56,285 nt of DNA, taken from assembly GCF_006345805.1 (NCBI RefSeq), contig NW_021833659.1, forward strand, positions 1-56,285, read 5' to 3'. Within the stretch, counting starts at the first letter, position 1, and every line of letters starts with the position of its first letter. Source of the stretch: Octopus sinensis (taxonomy: Eukaryota). Under the pieces are notes generated by a model. The model did not search any database, was not told the origin of the DNA, and saw only the letters and a list, made by a program, of their open reading frames with translations. The translations under genes were made by a program, and so were the position numbers. Positions 1 to 12,381 of this stretch are shown here, in pieces.

Positions 1-150
1 TATACATATACATACATATATATACATACATACATATATATATGGGAAGCTAGGAAAAGGGAAGCTAGGAGACAGGTTTATCTAGCCAGAGGGGAAGCAG
101 ATAAGAAAAAATTTGCCAATGTTCTGCGCCGTGAGGACCAAAGACTGGAG

Positions 151-2016
151 GTGTTTCGCATTGCAAGACAGTGTGTGAGAGAGAATTGTGATGTGGTGGG
201 AGAGAAGTGTGTTCGCATGGAAGATGGTTCACTTGCGCTAAACGAGGATGCAAAGAGAGAGGCTTGGAGACACCACTATGAAAGGTTGCTGAATAAAGAA
301 AATGAATGGGATAAAGAGAGTCTGCCGAACGTTGACCCAACCGAGGGACCAGCTATCAGGGTTGATAGTTCCTTGGTAGCTAAAGCAATTAGAAGCATGA
401 AGACAGGGAAAGCCCCAGGCCCATCAGGTATCACTGCAGAGATGCTCAAAATATCTGGTAGTGTCGGCTATAGCCTAGTCAGTTGTATAGTTAATCAGGT
501 GATACATGAAGGAGTCATACCCAATGACTGGTGTAGCAGCATAATAGTCAACTGCTACAAAGGTAAAGGTGATGCCCTAGATACAAATAATTACAGAGGT
601 ATCAAGCTGTTGGATCAGGTGATGAAGGTTACAGAGAGGATCATAAGCCAACTAATTAGAGAGAGAGTTAGTTTAGATGAGATGCAGTTTGGTTTCGTGC
701 CAGGGAAAAGTACCACTGATGCTATATTCCTGGTAAGGCAGCTGCAGGAGAAATACCTAGCCAAAGATAAGCCCCTGCACCTGGCTTTTGTTGACATGTA
801 GAAAGCCTTCGACAGGGTCCCTCGATCCCTCATATGGTGGTCAATGAGGAAACTAGGAATAGATGAATGGTTAGTGAGAGCTGTGCAAGCCATGTACAGG
901 GACGCTGCTAGTAAGGTGAGGGTTGGCAATGAGTACAATGAAGAATTCCGGGTAGAGTTAGGGGTCCACCAAGGCTCAGTCCTCAGCCCCCTCATATTTA
1001 TCATAGTCCTCCAGGCAATAACGGAGGAATTCAAGACAGGATGCCCCTGGGAGCTCCTCTATGCTGATGACCTTGCTCTAATTGCTGAGTCATTATCAGA
1101 ACTGGAGAAGAAGTTTCAGGTGTGGAAGCATGGTTTAGAATCGAAGGGCCTTAGAGTCAACCTAGCTAAAACCAAAGTCGTAATAAGTAGGAAGGTAGAC
1201 AAATCACAAACGCCTTCAGGTAGATGGCCCTGCTCGATCTGTAGAAAAGGTGTAGGTAGAAACTCTATAAGATGCACCAAGTGTAAGCTATGGACACATA
1301 AGAGGTGCAGCAATGTCATAGGAAGGCTAACTAGGAAGATGGTTTTTGTATGTGGCAGATGCTCGGGAGCATTAACCTCTGAAAATCTGCAGAAAACAAC
1401 TACCGTCACTTTCCAGGGGGAAAAACTAGAAGTAGTTGATAGCTTCCGTTATCTTGGTGACCAAGTCAGTAGTGGGGGTGGGTGTGCTGAAAGTGTAACG
1501 GCTAGAGTAAGAATAGCCTGGGCAAAGTTTAGGGAGCTCTTACCTCTGTTGGTAACTAAAGGCCTCTCGCTCAGAGTAAAAGGCAGACTGTATGATGCAT
1601 GTGTACGAACAGCCATGCTACATGGCAGTGAAACATGGGCCGTGACCGCTGAGGACATGCGTAAGCTCGCGAGAAATGAAGCTAGTATGCTCCGTTGGAT
1701 GTGTAATGTCAGTGTTCATAGTCGACAGAGTGTAAGTACCTTGAGAGAAAAGTTGGACCTAAGAGGCATCAGATGTTGTGTGCAAGAGAGACGACTGCGC
1801 TGGTATGGTCATGTGGTGAGAATGGATGAAGATAGGTGTGTGAAAAAGTGCCACACCCTGGCAGTTGAGGGGACCTGTGGAAGAGGTAGACCCAGGAAAA
1901 CCTGGGTCGAGGTGGTGAAGCACGACCTTCGAACTCTAGGTCTCACCAAGGAAATGACCAGAGACCGAGACCTATGGAAGTATGCTGTGCGTGAGAAGAC
2001 CCGGCAAGACCAGTGA
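151..2016 (+). pseudogene. RTE reverse transcriptase ORF with one in-frame stop (TAG 799-801) and an internal PHD-like finger
   Basis: ORFs 151-801 and 844-2016 are in the same frame and read VDM*KAFDRV (expected VDMEKAFD). C4HC3 finger at 1231-1362. Confidence 0.9.
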
Positions 2017-2089
2017 GAACAATCAAAATCAAATCATATATCAGAAAGCAGGGGTTAAGTTACCCATCCGTTTGTGTCCGCTGTCAGCC

Positions 2090-2800
2090 TCGTCTGGCAC
2101 CCGTGCCAGTGATACGTAAAAGCACCATTCGCTCGCGGCCGTTTGCCAGCTCTGCCTGGCCCCCGTGTCGGAGGCACGTAAAAGCACCATCCGTTTGTGT
2201 TCGTTGCCAGCCTCGCCTGGCCCCGTGCCGGTGACACGTAAAAGCACCGTCCGTTCGTGGCCGTTTGCCAGCTCTGTCTGGCAACCGTGTCGGTGGCACG
2301 TAAAAGCACCATCCGTTCGCGTCCGTTGCCAGCCTCGGCTGGCCCCCGTACCGGTGACACGTAAAAGCACCATCCGTTTCGTGGCCGTTTGCCAGCTCTG
2401 TCTGGCTCCGTGTCGGTGGCACGTAAAAGCACCATCCGTTCGTGTTCGTTGTCAGCCTCGGCTGGCCCCCGTGCCGGTGACACGTAAAAGCACCATCCGT
2501 TTCGTGGCCGTTTGCCAGCTCTGTCTGGCCCCGTGTCGGTGGCACGTAAAAGCACCATCCGTTCGTGTTCGTTGTCAGCCTCGGCTGGCCCCCGTGCCGG
2601 TGACACGTAAAAGCACCGTCCGTTCGTGGCCGTTTGCCAGCTCTGTCTGGCCCCGTGTCGGTGGCACGTAAAAGCACCATCTGTTCGTGTCCATTGCCAG
2701 CATCGCCTGGCCCCGTGCCAGTGACACGTAAAAGCACCATCCGTCCGTGGCCGTTCGCCAGCTCTGTCTGGCACCTGTGCAGGTGGCACGTAAAAAACAC
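2090..2800 (+). repeat. 12-copy GC-rich tandem array, 60-62 bp period, alternating A/B monomers, in the RTE 3' UTR
   Basis: Core CGTAAAAGCACC at 2115, 2177, 2237, 2299, 2360, 2422, 2483, 2545, 2606, 2667, 2727 and 2789 (last copy variant). Confidence 0.95.
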
Positions 2801-2960
2801 CCACTACACTCGCGGAGTGGTTGGCGTTAGGAAGGGCATCCAGCCGTAGAAACACTGCCAGATCTGACTGGGCCTGACGAAGCCTCCCAGCTTCACAGAC
2901 CCCAGATGACCCGTCCAACCCATGCTTGCATGGAAAGCGGACGCTAAATGATGATGATGA

Positions 2961-3214
2961 TATACATATACATACATATATATATATACATATACATACA
3001 TATACATACATATATATACATACATACATATACATATACATACATATATATATATATACATACATATACATATATACATATACATACATATACATATATA
3101 CATATACACATATACATATATACATATACATATATACATATACATACATATACATATATACATATACATACATATACATATATATATATATATATAATAT
3201 ATATATATATATAC

Positions 3215-3247
<33 letters not shown>

Positions 3248-3256
3248 CATATATAT
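2961..3256. repeat. (TA)n/(TACA)n microsatellite
   Basis: Direct inspection. Confidence 0.95.
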
Positions 3257-3257
3257 T

Positions 3258-4160
3258 TGGAAGAAGTAAACGCAGGAAGATGTGGAACAATGTGGTAAGA
3301 AATGATCTTCAGATATTCAGCCTCACAGATGAGAAACTAACTGTACTCCAGATGACATCTAAGCTAAGTAAAATCCTAGTCATCCATACGTACAGGCCAT
3401 GCTTTCCCCTCACACACACCCACAAACTGTCGTCTGTTAAAACTCCATCAGATCCATCTTCCCAACAAATCCCATCCTACCACCCATGATCCCCACCTGC
3501 TGCAGGCCTGCCACTCTCCCTCACATACCTATCTACACACACTTCATGCCTTCACATATCTAATACACCCCACTCCAAGCTACTTAAATTTCTCTCACCA
3601 TCACTTGCTAGTCACTTCTCCATCTCTAAACATCTTTCACCACACTCTCATGGAGCACACCCTCTATCTCCTTTGTACAAACTTACACTCCCCCACTGTT
3701 TCCTGGGGGTATTTCCCCGATGCACCTCTAACACCATCTATTTCTCTCTCTCTCTCACTCTCTATTTTATCTGTAAATCTATCTCATTCCTCTCTCCCAT
3801 TTTCCTACAGTGGTAGCCAATTATTTCTTCTATACTAAGACACATACCTTCACCCTTCTATTATACTCTCACTGGCACAAAACCACTTCCCTTGGATCCA
3901 CTCTCTTTTGCAGCTGAGAGGTCTTCATCTAACAAGTAATTTGGTGACCTCACAAGTGATTTGGTGCCATGTGAAAAGCACCAATGTTCCTTCCACATAA
4001 AAAAACACCCAGTCCATTCTGTAAAGTGGCTGGTATCAGGAAAGGCATCCAGCTGTAGAAACCATGCCAAAGCAGAAAATGGAGACTGGTGCAGCTTTCC
4101 AGCTTGCCAGTTGCTGTCCAACTCATGTCAGCATCAAAGACAGACTCTAAATGATGATGA
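3258..4160 (+). mobile_element. Old RTE 3' remnant and shared 3' tail
   Basis: [25 protein letters not shown] resembles the RTE C-terminus. A tail similar to that of copy 1 (ggaaaggcatccagctgtagaaacc...aaatgatgatg) lies at ~3950-4160. Confidence 0.6.
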
Positions 4161-4167
4161 ATTTATA

Positions 4168-4520
4168 GGTGCAGGCATGGTTGTGTGGTAAGAAACTTGC
4201 TTCCCAACCACAATAGTTCTAGGTTCAATCCCGCTGTGTGGCACCTTGGGTGTCTTCTACTATAGCCTTGGTCCAACCAAAGCCATGTGAGTAGATTTGG
4301 TACATGGAAATTGAAAAAAGCCCATCATATACGTGTGTGTGTGTGTGTGTGTGAGCATGTCTTTGTGTCTGCGCCCTCCTTCCCTGCTTGAAAACCAGTG
4401 TTGGTGTGTTTGCGTTCCTGTAACTTAGCGGCTTGGCAGACTTAAAAATGAATACTGGGACAAGTCATTCATTAAAAATTCAAGGCAGTGCCCCAACATG
4501 GCTGCAGTCATTAAAAAATA
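4168..4520 (+). mobile_element. tRNA-derived SINE, family 1
   Basis: tRNA-like head with A/B-box-like motifs (tggttgtgtggtaag...ggttcaatccc), internal (GT)n and conserved body. Further copies lie on the minus strand elsewhere in the window. Confidence 0.75.
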
Positions 4521-5101
4521 AAAGATATATGTGCATACATATATACATTGATGTACATATTTATATACATACAAACACAAACATATGGATATACACATAC
4601 ACACATACATATATATATATACATACATACACACACACACATATAGATTAATACAATTGGGAAATTTATATAGCACTCGAGAACTTTAAAATTTATGAAC
4701 ACATTCTAACATGAAAAACAGCAATGGGTAAGTTTCACCGAAACTATACAAAATGCAAGCAGATTGGAGACAGAAAAAAAATCTCTCATTGAGGGAATCA
4801 TAAAAGAATTTGAAAATCAGCAACAAAAAATATCTAGGAATCTACAAAAGTTGGAGTGTTTTGTCAGAGATAGACATATACTGTAAATTCAATTTGTAAG
4901 CAACAGAGTAAAACTATACCAAGGTTTTTCAATGTTTAATGCGACTCTACATAGATATTGCCATTTCAAACATCATGATGAGGGCTTTATATTATGAAAA
5001 TGAAAGCATAAATACAGACGTGTGCACACATGGTCCCCACCCATGAATAACTGAGTATGCTTAAAAATTAAATAATGAAAATAAGAAATTGTAAAACTTA
5101 C

Positions 5102-5154
5102 TTCCATTTCAATTTCATGCTGTTGTGCCAAAGTTTCTTCATCATAATTTTTAT
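5102..5154 (-). CDS. OTUB1: Otubain (OTUB1-like) deubiquitinase, coding exon 2: (D)KNYDEETLAQQHEIEME
   Basis: tttctag acceptor and GTAAGT donor; 53 nt, phase 1 to 0. The peptide resembles OTUB1 'LAYDEAIMAQQDRIQQE'. Family assignment is from memory. Confidence 0.7.
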
Positions 5155-6028
5155 CTAGAAATTTTAAAAAAATCACAGATTGTTTATAAAAGAAATTAAC
5201 TCTTTATTAGATATAAAACTCACTGTACGAACATCTGGAATGAGCTATCTTTATGTTATCATCAAACATTGCCATGAAATACTTCATATAACTCTTCTGC
5301 ACATTACTCATATTAATTATTTTAGTAAAAGAAAAAAATTTCTATTAAGCCATTTAACCCTTTAGCATTTAAACCAATCATATGCAACCTGAATTTTCTA
5401 TTTTTCTTATGTTCTGACCAGATCCAGTCTTCCACACCTGCCATACAACATCATTCTAAAAATAAACAATTACATGGTTGAAATCTCAAAGCTGTGAAAT
5501 AATGCATAGTTCAAAACAATGTGAATAAAGAAGCATTAAACCTGACAGTAATCTGAATGCCAAAGGGTTAATATTAATAGTTCTGGAAACAAATTTTGAT
5601 TCTACTTTAAGATAAAATATAGAAGATCAATCAGTCCTGTAAATCAACATTTTAAACTCCACTTCTCCACATTTGCATCAAAGAGAATTTGTTGAGGCAG
5701 ATTTTTTGCAGCCAAAGCCATGTGAGTACCAGCTGATGACTGGTCGAGGAAAACGATTTGCCTGTCCCCAAAAATTTCAGGTCTTGTGCCGATGGTAGTT
5801 TTTCCCTAACAGGCACAAAGGCATGAAATTTTGGGAATTCATTACGTCGAATAGTTCCTTCCCCAAAAGTTCAGGCCTTGTGTCTAGAGTAGAAAAGATT
5901 ATTATTACTGAGTAAGAGAACAATGTATGCCATCAAAATGACACTTGTAAAATATACGAAGCCCAGTATAGTAATCATGGCTACCCATTTGATAAGGGTA
6001 CACGAAACATGCATTACAACCATATGTG

Positions 6029-6067
<39 letters not shown>

Positions 6068-6290
6068 GAAGGTAGTGAGCTGGCAGAACCGTTAGTACGC
6101 AGGACAAAATATTTTCGTCCGTCCTTACGTTCCAAATTCAAAATGCACCGAGATCGACTTCGCTTTTCATCTTTCTGAGGTCGATGAAATACGTACCAGT
6201 CAAGTACTGTAGTCAATGTCATGGGCTAGCCCCCACTCCCCGAAAATTTCAAGACTTGTACCTATAGTAGAAAGGATCATTATTATTACA
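6068..6290 (+). mobile_element. tRNA-derived SINE, family 2
   Basis: ggtagtgagctggcagaaccgttag...aattttcaagacttgtacctatagtagaaagg; homologous copies at ~11310-11510 and ~38290-38490 (minus strand). Confidence 0.75.
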
Positions 6291-7275
6291 ACTTCGCGTC
6301 TATATCGACTCTTTCCATCATTTCTCAAATCATCCAAACAAGACTGTTGAAAGACTAGAAAACAAATAAATAGCAAAAACCCAAGACGTTCTTTGTTCTA
6401 GACAGATTCACCCGTGTTGTAAATCCTATTATTCACTCAGTGTAGTTGCAAATGAACGACTAGATGGTTAGTAGCAGGGATGTAACTTAGAGAATCGCAT
6501 TGCTCACTAGTTTATTTAGGACTTTTAAGATGCAGTTTTTTGTTAATAAACATTTATTACATTCTAAATGTAAACAAATTTTATGAAGCTTGTAAATTCA
6601 TGTCTTGGAATAGATTTGTATTTTTTTAAATTAAGAAACAAAACAGAACAAAATGTGCAAAGTTTGAAACCCATGTGTTTTTTTTTGTTTTGTTTTTTTT
6701 TTCTTTTAACTTTTTCGAAGAGAAAACAAAGCAGTAATAATCGCACTCTTTGAATCATAATTCCCCCAGAAATAGCAGTCAGTCCAATTTTGGACTGCTT
6801 CGTGCTTCTATCGTTTTAAAGTGTCGTTACTTTTATATTTCCTTGATATTTCCACACAACAAGGCATCACTCACATCATGGTACTAATACATTCGTTTAG
6901 GTGATTAAATTAGATATTCTTCATTTGTAATATAGAAATTATTGCAGCATAAAAAAAACTGGTCTTGTTTAGTTTTTTGAGTAGGGATTTCTAAGGTTAT
7001 TGAAATTAAGTTCGATTGAGGAGAATTTTAACGGCAAATTTTTAATGCTATAATAACTAGATATTATTCGAAATAATCAACTTTAATTATATTTTCTTAA
7101 GAATGACAATTTGGATCCTCGAAAATCGTTTCAGTTCTCGCTTTTTAAGACTTCATATCTAACTGAATTCTCAGAAATAGCAATTACGAAAAGAATTTCA
7201 ACAATACCAAAAAAGAATATTCGTTTTAAAGAATGAATAATGAAATTTGAAATATAGAAAATAGGTATGTAATAC

Positions 7276-7309
7276 CTGGATCGTATTGAAAAGTCGTGTT
7301 GTCCGCCAT
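7276..7309 (-). CDS. OTUB1: Otubain (OTUB1-like), first coding exon: MADNTTFQYDP + G
   Basis: ATG in AAAATGGCG-like context, 34 nt, G|GTATTA donor. Phase 1 joins the exon at 5154 in frame to give MADNTTFQYDPDKNYDEETLAQQHEIEME. Confidence 0.62.
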
Positions 7310-7410
7310 TTCCGGTCGGAGGTTGAGACTAGGCGGCGGCACTGTCGCCGCTTCCTCAACTCTGTATGCCCGAACAATTGCCCAACAATTAACAGTTTGT
7401 TCCGCCCTGT
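7300..7410 (-). promoter_or_regulatory. CpG-enriched promoter/5' UTR with ETS (CCGGAA) and YY1 (AAATGGCG) motifs and a GC box
   Basis: Minus strand reads CCGACCGGAAATGGCGGAC across the start codon; CCGCCC near 7402; local GC/CpG island in an AT-rich background. Confidence 0.6.
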
Positions 7411-7660
7411 TTAATTTTTTGTCTTTTTACATTAAAAAGGGCATTTGTTTCCTTTCTTCGACAATAGATAATATAATTCCTTTATGATATAATGCTTCTT
7501 ATTTCTCTTTTCCTTTCTTCGTTATTCTTCTATTCAAAATATCGGTGATGATTTCTCACGAATGAAAATAAAATCATTATATGAATTAGAAGTTAAAATG
7601 ATTGTCCTTTCTAAATTTTCCAGATAAATCGGCATTCAATGACAATATATTAAATATAAA

Positions 7661-8415
7661 GGCATAACTACACAAGTGTGCTACTCATCGACTTTGTTTC
7701 CTCATAACTTCCAGAAAATGATATTTTAAATGAAATTTTCTATAAATACGTTTCAGATGGTGTAGATTCCGATTATATGAGAATTTGTTTTGAAATTTTT
7801 TTCCTGGGTTTGGGAGAGGAGTTTCTGAAAATTCACACGTGTTGGCTTTGTTTCCTCATTACTTTCAGAAAAATGGGTATTTTTTAAATGAAATTTTCTA
7901 CAAATACCTTTCAGAGTGTATAGATTACAATTACATTGGAATCTAATAGGAAAAAAATAATTGTTGGGAGCGTACACATACATACTGACACACATCACAT
8001 GTGTAGCGACACCTCTCCTTCGCACGGTCGTTCTACACATGTATCTTCAAATAAAACTTGAAATTTCGGAAAAAAAATTGTGATGTGTATCAGTATGTAT
8101 GCGCACGCCCACCATTTCTTCCTCCACATTAAATTATGATATAATCTTAAGCTACACACCTTGAAGGTGATTGAAAATTTCATTGAAAACTACCCGTTTT
8201 TTCTGAAAGTTATGAGGACATAAAGTCAACTTGTATAAACTTCCCGAAACTCCTCTCCCCATCTCCGGAAAAATTTTCCACAACAAATTCTGATATAATC
8301 GAAATCTACACCATCTGAAGAATATTTGTAGGAAATTTCATCAAAAAAATATCCATTTTTCTGAAAGCTATGAGGAAACAAAGTTGGCAGGAGAGCACAC
8401 TTGTGTAGGTATGCC
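7661..8415. mobile_element. Foldback MITE with GG...CC ends and 8-bp TSD (Merlin-like)
   Basis: TIR GGCATA(A/C)CTACACAAGTGTGCT; TSD aatataaa (7653-7660) / aatatgaa (8416-8423); two ~165-bp subterminal modules per arm, inverted between the arms. Confidence 0.7.
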
Positions 8416-8494
8416 AATATGAATTCATTTTGGCAAAGCATAAAGCCGGAACCTATATTCTGAGTCAAAATATTTCTTGCGATTTATTTTTTTA

Positions 8495-8720
8495 AATCAC
8501 CATCATCATCATCAACTCCATTTTCCACATTGGTATAGGTTGGACAATTCAACAGGAATTGACAAGTCAAAAGACTACACCAAGCCCTGTTGTCTACTAT
8601 GGCATGGTTTCTATGGCTAGATGCCCTTTTTAACACCAACCACTTTACAGAGTCTACTTGGTACTTTTTTTTACATGACACCAACAGAAGTGAGGTCACT
8701 AGTAACTTGCAAAATAGACC
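8495..8720 (-). mobile_element. RTE/SINE shared 3' tail
   Basis: Reverse complement of the tail (catcatcatc...ggcatggtttctatggctagatgccc...ccaaccacttt). Confidence 0.65.
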
Positions 8721-9149
8721 TGTCAACTCAGTGGCAGAGTATTATTGAAGGACAGAAAAAAGAGGCTTGTATTAAAGCATAAACATGGCTACATCAGGTG
8801 GAAAGAGGGAAAGGAATGAGAGAGAGGAGAGAGAAAAGAAGGAAAGGATATAATGGGTTGGGGGCAGGGGAGCTGTCCACCCAAGTCACAGGGAGGTGTA
8901 TATTGTGAAGCGGACCTGGGGTTGGAGTGGGTGAAGGGGTGGGTTAGTTCATGAGATTGCCAAAAGAGGATTGTAGATAGAGGGGAGGGATGTAATGAGT
9001 GGTCACAAGTAGAGGGAGGGGATATTTGGAGGATATGTTGTAGAGGAAAGATTTAACTGAGACGTATTGTATACAAGTATGCACATGAAAGAGAGTGGAG
9101 GGGAATGCAGCAGGTGGTGAGCATGGGTGGGAGGAAGGAGTGTTGGGAA

Positions 9150-10235
9150 GATAGGTTGTGGGGGAGATTTGTCAGGGAACAGATTGTGTACAGAAGGAGG
9201 AGGATGGGTATAAAGGACATGACTTTATAGCTTCAATTTTACTTAGCTGGATAGGTCTTCTCCAGCACAGCAAATCACTTAACTATCTCATTCCTTTATC
9301 TGACTTTTGCATGTACTTTACGGCCACAATGTATATTTCACTTCCATGTAGCATAGCTGTCCATACAGAGGCATCATACAATCTGCTTTTCACTCTGAGG
9401 AAGAGGCTCTCTCTTATCAACAAAGGTATTATCACTCTGAACTTTACCCAGCTGGTCCATATTCTAGCAACTACACTTTCAGGGCATCCTCCTCCACTGC
9501 TGATTTGGTGTCCAATGTAACAAAAGTTATCTGCTACCTCCAAGGATCCTTCTGGGCAGTCAAGAAAATCTATTTTCAGTATGTTCTTACTGTGTATGGT
9601 TCCTGCATATTTGCCACACACAAAAACACAAAGGCTACTTCCTCTCTTAACCTTACTGTAATTCCACTGTACCCCTTATGTGTTCATATGAAATTTCTAC
9701 ATACATCATGTAAAATTTCTACGCACACCTTTTCTACATATTGAATAGGGCCATTTCCTTGAAGGAATTAGTAATTAGTCTGCATTCCTGCTTACTAATA
9801 CTTTGGTCTCTGCTACATTAACTCTAAGACCCTTTGATTCCAGGTTTTGCTTCCACACCTAAAAATTTCTTCTCTAATTCTAGCAGATATTCAGCTATAA
9901 GAACAAAGTCATCAACATAGAGGAGCTTCCAAAGGCAACTAGTCTTAAGCTCTTCTGTTATGACCTGGAGGATTATGATAAACAAGAGGGGACTGAGAAT
10001 CAAACCCTGGTGAACTACATGCACAATAAATTTGTTGCTGTATTCATTACCAAATTCCACCTTACTGATAGCACCATTGTACATGGCTTGGACAGCTCTC
10101 ACCAATCATTCATCTAGCCCTAGCTACCAGATGAGGGAGCAAGGAACCCTATCAAATGTATCTCCATGGCAACAAATGACAAGTACAAGCAATTTATTTT
10201 TCTTTAAATATTTCTCTTGCAGTTTGCCTTATTAG
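9150..10235 (-). pseudogene. Degraded RTE reverse transcriptase fragment
   Basis: Fragments MVRAVQAMY, VHQGLILSPLLF, LYVDD, SSGGGCPESVVARI and AMLHGSE, with many stops and frameshifts. Confidence 0.85.
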
Positions 10236-11309
10236 GAAGATGAGTTCAGTCATGCTTTGGCTTTGAGCCTAGTCTGAACAACAACATGTTTAAAAGAAAA
10301 CTGTTCCTTATTTGTGTGCATGCATGTGCACCCACACACATACACACCCATCTTAAGCTTCTTAGGTTCTCCTGCATTATAAGACCTAAAAGACAGTCGA
10401 TTTCTTCCACTACAGTCAATCAGTCGCAGTTCTTCTCACATTTATACAACTACTGCTTGTGCACATGTGGTCTTCCTGGAATACTTTGCTGTGACCAGGG
10501 TTCACTCACAGAAGGATTTCATCATTTCAAGATCTATATCTCCAGATGATTTAAGGATCTTCCATAGGCATTGTTAGTGGAATGTATCTCACATCTTGGC
10601 AACTCTTTAGCATTTTCTGTATTTTGCTGTTATTTCAAGTCATTAACAGAACTATTACAATATATAACCAGGCCTTCATATCAATACAGAAATTCTCTAT
10701 TTAGATTCCATGTGTATGTTCGAATACTGCACCTGTATTGTGAATTCTGTTGTACACCTCACTTTCTGTTTCCATCACTGTTGGTCACACTGCCCTGGGC
10801 TCACCTTGAGCTGATTTGTCCACATCTTCCACAACCTCCAAAATAAAATTTTTCAAAACTGAACATTGCTAATCTGATTTCTGTGCATGCACGAATGTGC
10901 AGATGCACAAAAACATACATCTTTAGAAAGACATTCCAGCTGGGAAAATCCTATCTTTCGAAAGTATTCTGACAGCAACTAGTTTATTTCTTAAAAACAT
11001 TTTTACTGTCCCCATCCAGTCTTTCCCAAAGGCATTTCAAAACTTAACCATCTCTTGCCATTTAAAAAAAAAATGCATTGGATAATGTAGTCCAGGGATA
11101 CTGGCTTGAAAAAATATGGGATGGTCATGGGTAGCATACCTTTGGTCTACTGGATCAGAGCTGACATGAAACTACTCAGCAATAACAACTAGAAACTGGT
11201 TTGTGGAGGTATTTGTACTGCTGTTACCCAATGTTTCTCATGAACATAAATTTCACTGTAAATTAATCTGTAGTTGTGTTATGAGCAACATGTTGAATAA
11301 TCCTTTCTA

Positions 11310-11510
11310 CTTTAGGCACAAGGTTCAAATTTTTTGGTGTGGTAAGTCAATTACATTGACCCCACTGCATTACTAGTACTTATTTAATTGACTTCAAAAG
11401 GATGAAAGCAAATGCAACCTCAACAGAATATGAACTCAGAATGTAAGGATAACCAAAATACCTCTAAGCATTTCGTCCAGCATGCTAACAATTCTGCCAA
11501 CTTGCTATGT
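11310..11510 (-). mobile_element. SINE family 2
   Basis: Reverse complement of the 6068-6290 element. Confidence 0.7.
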
Positions 11511-12309
11511 TAAAGCATGTTGAAAAATCAACAATTGTAATAGCAAGCTGATAAGATAGAATTATCTTCAACAATGTTTTTCAATAACCCTCAAAATTTT
11601 AAAGTTTATAATATACAATTTATGGTGTTCATGCTTAGTGTATCAATTATGAAATAATGAAATTGCTGAAAGGTGAGAGCTGAAAGATTTTATATAAATG
11701 TAGGATGTTAGGGCTAACAGAGCAAATAACAACAAACAAAGATGTCTGGTGAAATGAGGTTCTAGAGAAGACCTGCCCACATCAGCAAAACTGAGAGCTA
11801 GAAGCATTGTGTTCCAATTGCATGTAACAATAAGCTTTTTGCACACCCTCCCCAAAAAACCAAACTACATCTCTTCTAAACTGCATCTTCTTCTTCACAT
11901 TTCCTCTTCATACATGATTATCTCTCTCTCCCCTTCCCTGGCCTCATTGCCCTGCTCACTGTATTGCTGCTTTCCCCCCACCCCATCTTTATACCCAGTT
12001 TTTCACCAGTCACTGCAATCCCCACTCCCTACTTGCATCTTCTTGGCAATACCTAGCTGCGTATATTATGACCTCAACACCCTGAGGATATGCTTTGGCA
12101 ACTGCCCCCATTTATCCCTCTCTCTCTTATTCTACCATCCCATCTATGCTCTGATTCCTGTTACTTGTGAGTATATTCTGGCACTTCACCACCATCTCTC
12201 TCCTGCTCTCTCTTGTACTTTTGCTCTTTCCCACTCTTTCTCTTTCCTTGTGCTTCTCTCTGGCTGAGAAGCCTTGTATCTCCTCTACAGTAGCACAGCT
12301 ATTTCTGCC

Positions 12310-12381
<72 letters not shown>

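Larger units (their letters stand above)
44..2960 (+). mobile_element. RTE-clade non-LTR retrotransposon, copy 1, 5'-truncated
   Basis: RT motifs (NYRGIKLL, MQFGF, GVHQGSVLSP, LLYADD, FRYLG, RRLRWYGHV). 3' UTR has a tandem array and ends in an (ATG)n tail at ~2948-2960. Both flanks are TA/TACA microsatellite. Confidence 0.95.

Noticed and set aside
615-1658. Antisense ORFs over the RTE, and equivalent ones over Gypsy, L1 and mariner
   Set aside because: Shadow frames of transposon coding sequence.
2090-2800. CRISPR-like appearance (constant core with intervening sequence)
   Set aside because: The intervening segments are two alternating near-identical types, not unique spacers. There are no cas genes, and the array lies in a eukaryotic LINE 3' UTR.
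2055-3489. Long ORFs rich in YI/YM/HT (also 17868-18155, 24392-24844, 26598-27036, 42506-43484)
   Set aside because: These are translations of stop-free microsatellites or tandem repeats.
4168-4250. tRNA-like sequences at SINE heads
   Set aside because: No cloverleaf or acceptor stem; they are SINE promoters, not tRNA genes.
4710-4886. Met-less coiled-coil-like plus-strand frame (TETIQNASRLETEKKSLIEG...)
   Set aside because: No convincing splice sites or homology; it lies antisense inside the OTUB1-like intron.
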